Source: Corallochytrium limacisporum Hawaii (taxonomy: Eukaryota; Protista; Pluriformea). Taken from it: 41,139 nucleotides of DNA. The translations under genes were made by a program, and so were the position numbers. A model generated the notes under the pieces. The model saw nothing but the letters and a program-made list of their open reading frames with translations, had not been told where the DNA came from and searched no databases. Shown piece by piece: positions 41,021 through 41,139 of the stretch (position 1 is the first letter of the stretch; each line of letters starts with the position of its first letter). The stretch covers positions 1 to 41,139 of the forward strand of contig PDIP01000163.1 in assembly GCA_002811645.1 (NCBI GenBank). The letters are read 5' to 3'.

Positions 41021-41043
41021 CTCCCCCCCCCCGGGGGGAGGGG
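41021..41043. repeat. C-run/G-run palindrome
   Basis: ct-C10-G6-agggg, about 310 nt upstream of the clathrin light chain gene. Confidence 0.7.
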
Positions 41044-41139
41044 CCCTCTCCGGGCCGAGCGGAAGAACAGAAAAACAGGTACCACCCTCTGTCTGGGAAT
41101 ATTGTATCAAATCTACTCATTTTGATTTAGCTCTGCCGT

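Overview
This window is eukaryotic nuclear DNA from a compact, almost intron-free genome. The gene content (TESK/LIMK-type kinase, RapGAP, ACAD9, CETN3, LrrA-like LRR protein, claudin-like protein) suggests a unicellular opisthokont/holozoan-like protist. A Corallochytrium-type organism is a guess, not a result. About 16 intact genes, mostly housekeeping, lie largely as convergent pairs with very short 3' spacers and long upstream spacers. Main points of interest: (1) two cilium-associated genes, B9D2 and an ARMC3 C-terminal fragment, are disrupted while their neighbours are intact, and both in-frame B9D2 stops are TAG at conserved Trp positions; (2) a cyanobacterial-type sucrose-phosphate phosphatase carries a PTS2-like N-terminal extension; (3) a very divergent Spo11 holds the only coding-region intron I can find, with a GAG acceptor; (4) C-run/G-run palindromes recur in upstream spacers only; (5) an orphan basic protein has a canonical D-box. 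There are two assembly gaps. All homology calls come from recalled motifs; no database search was run.
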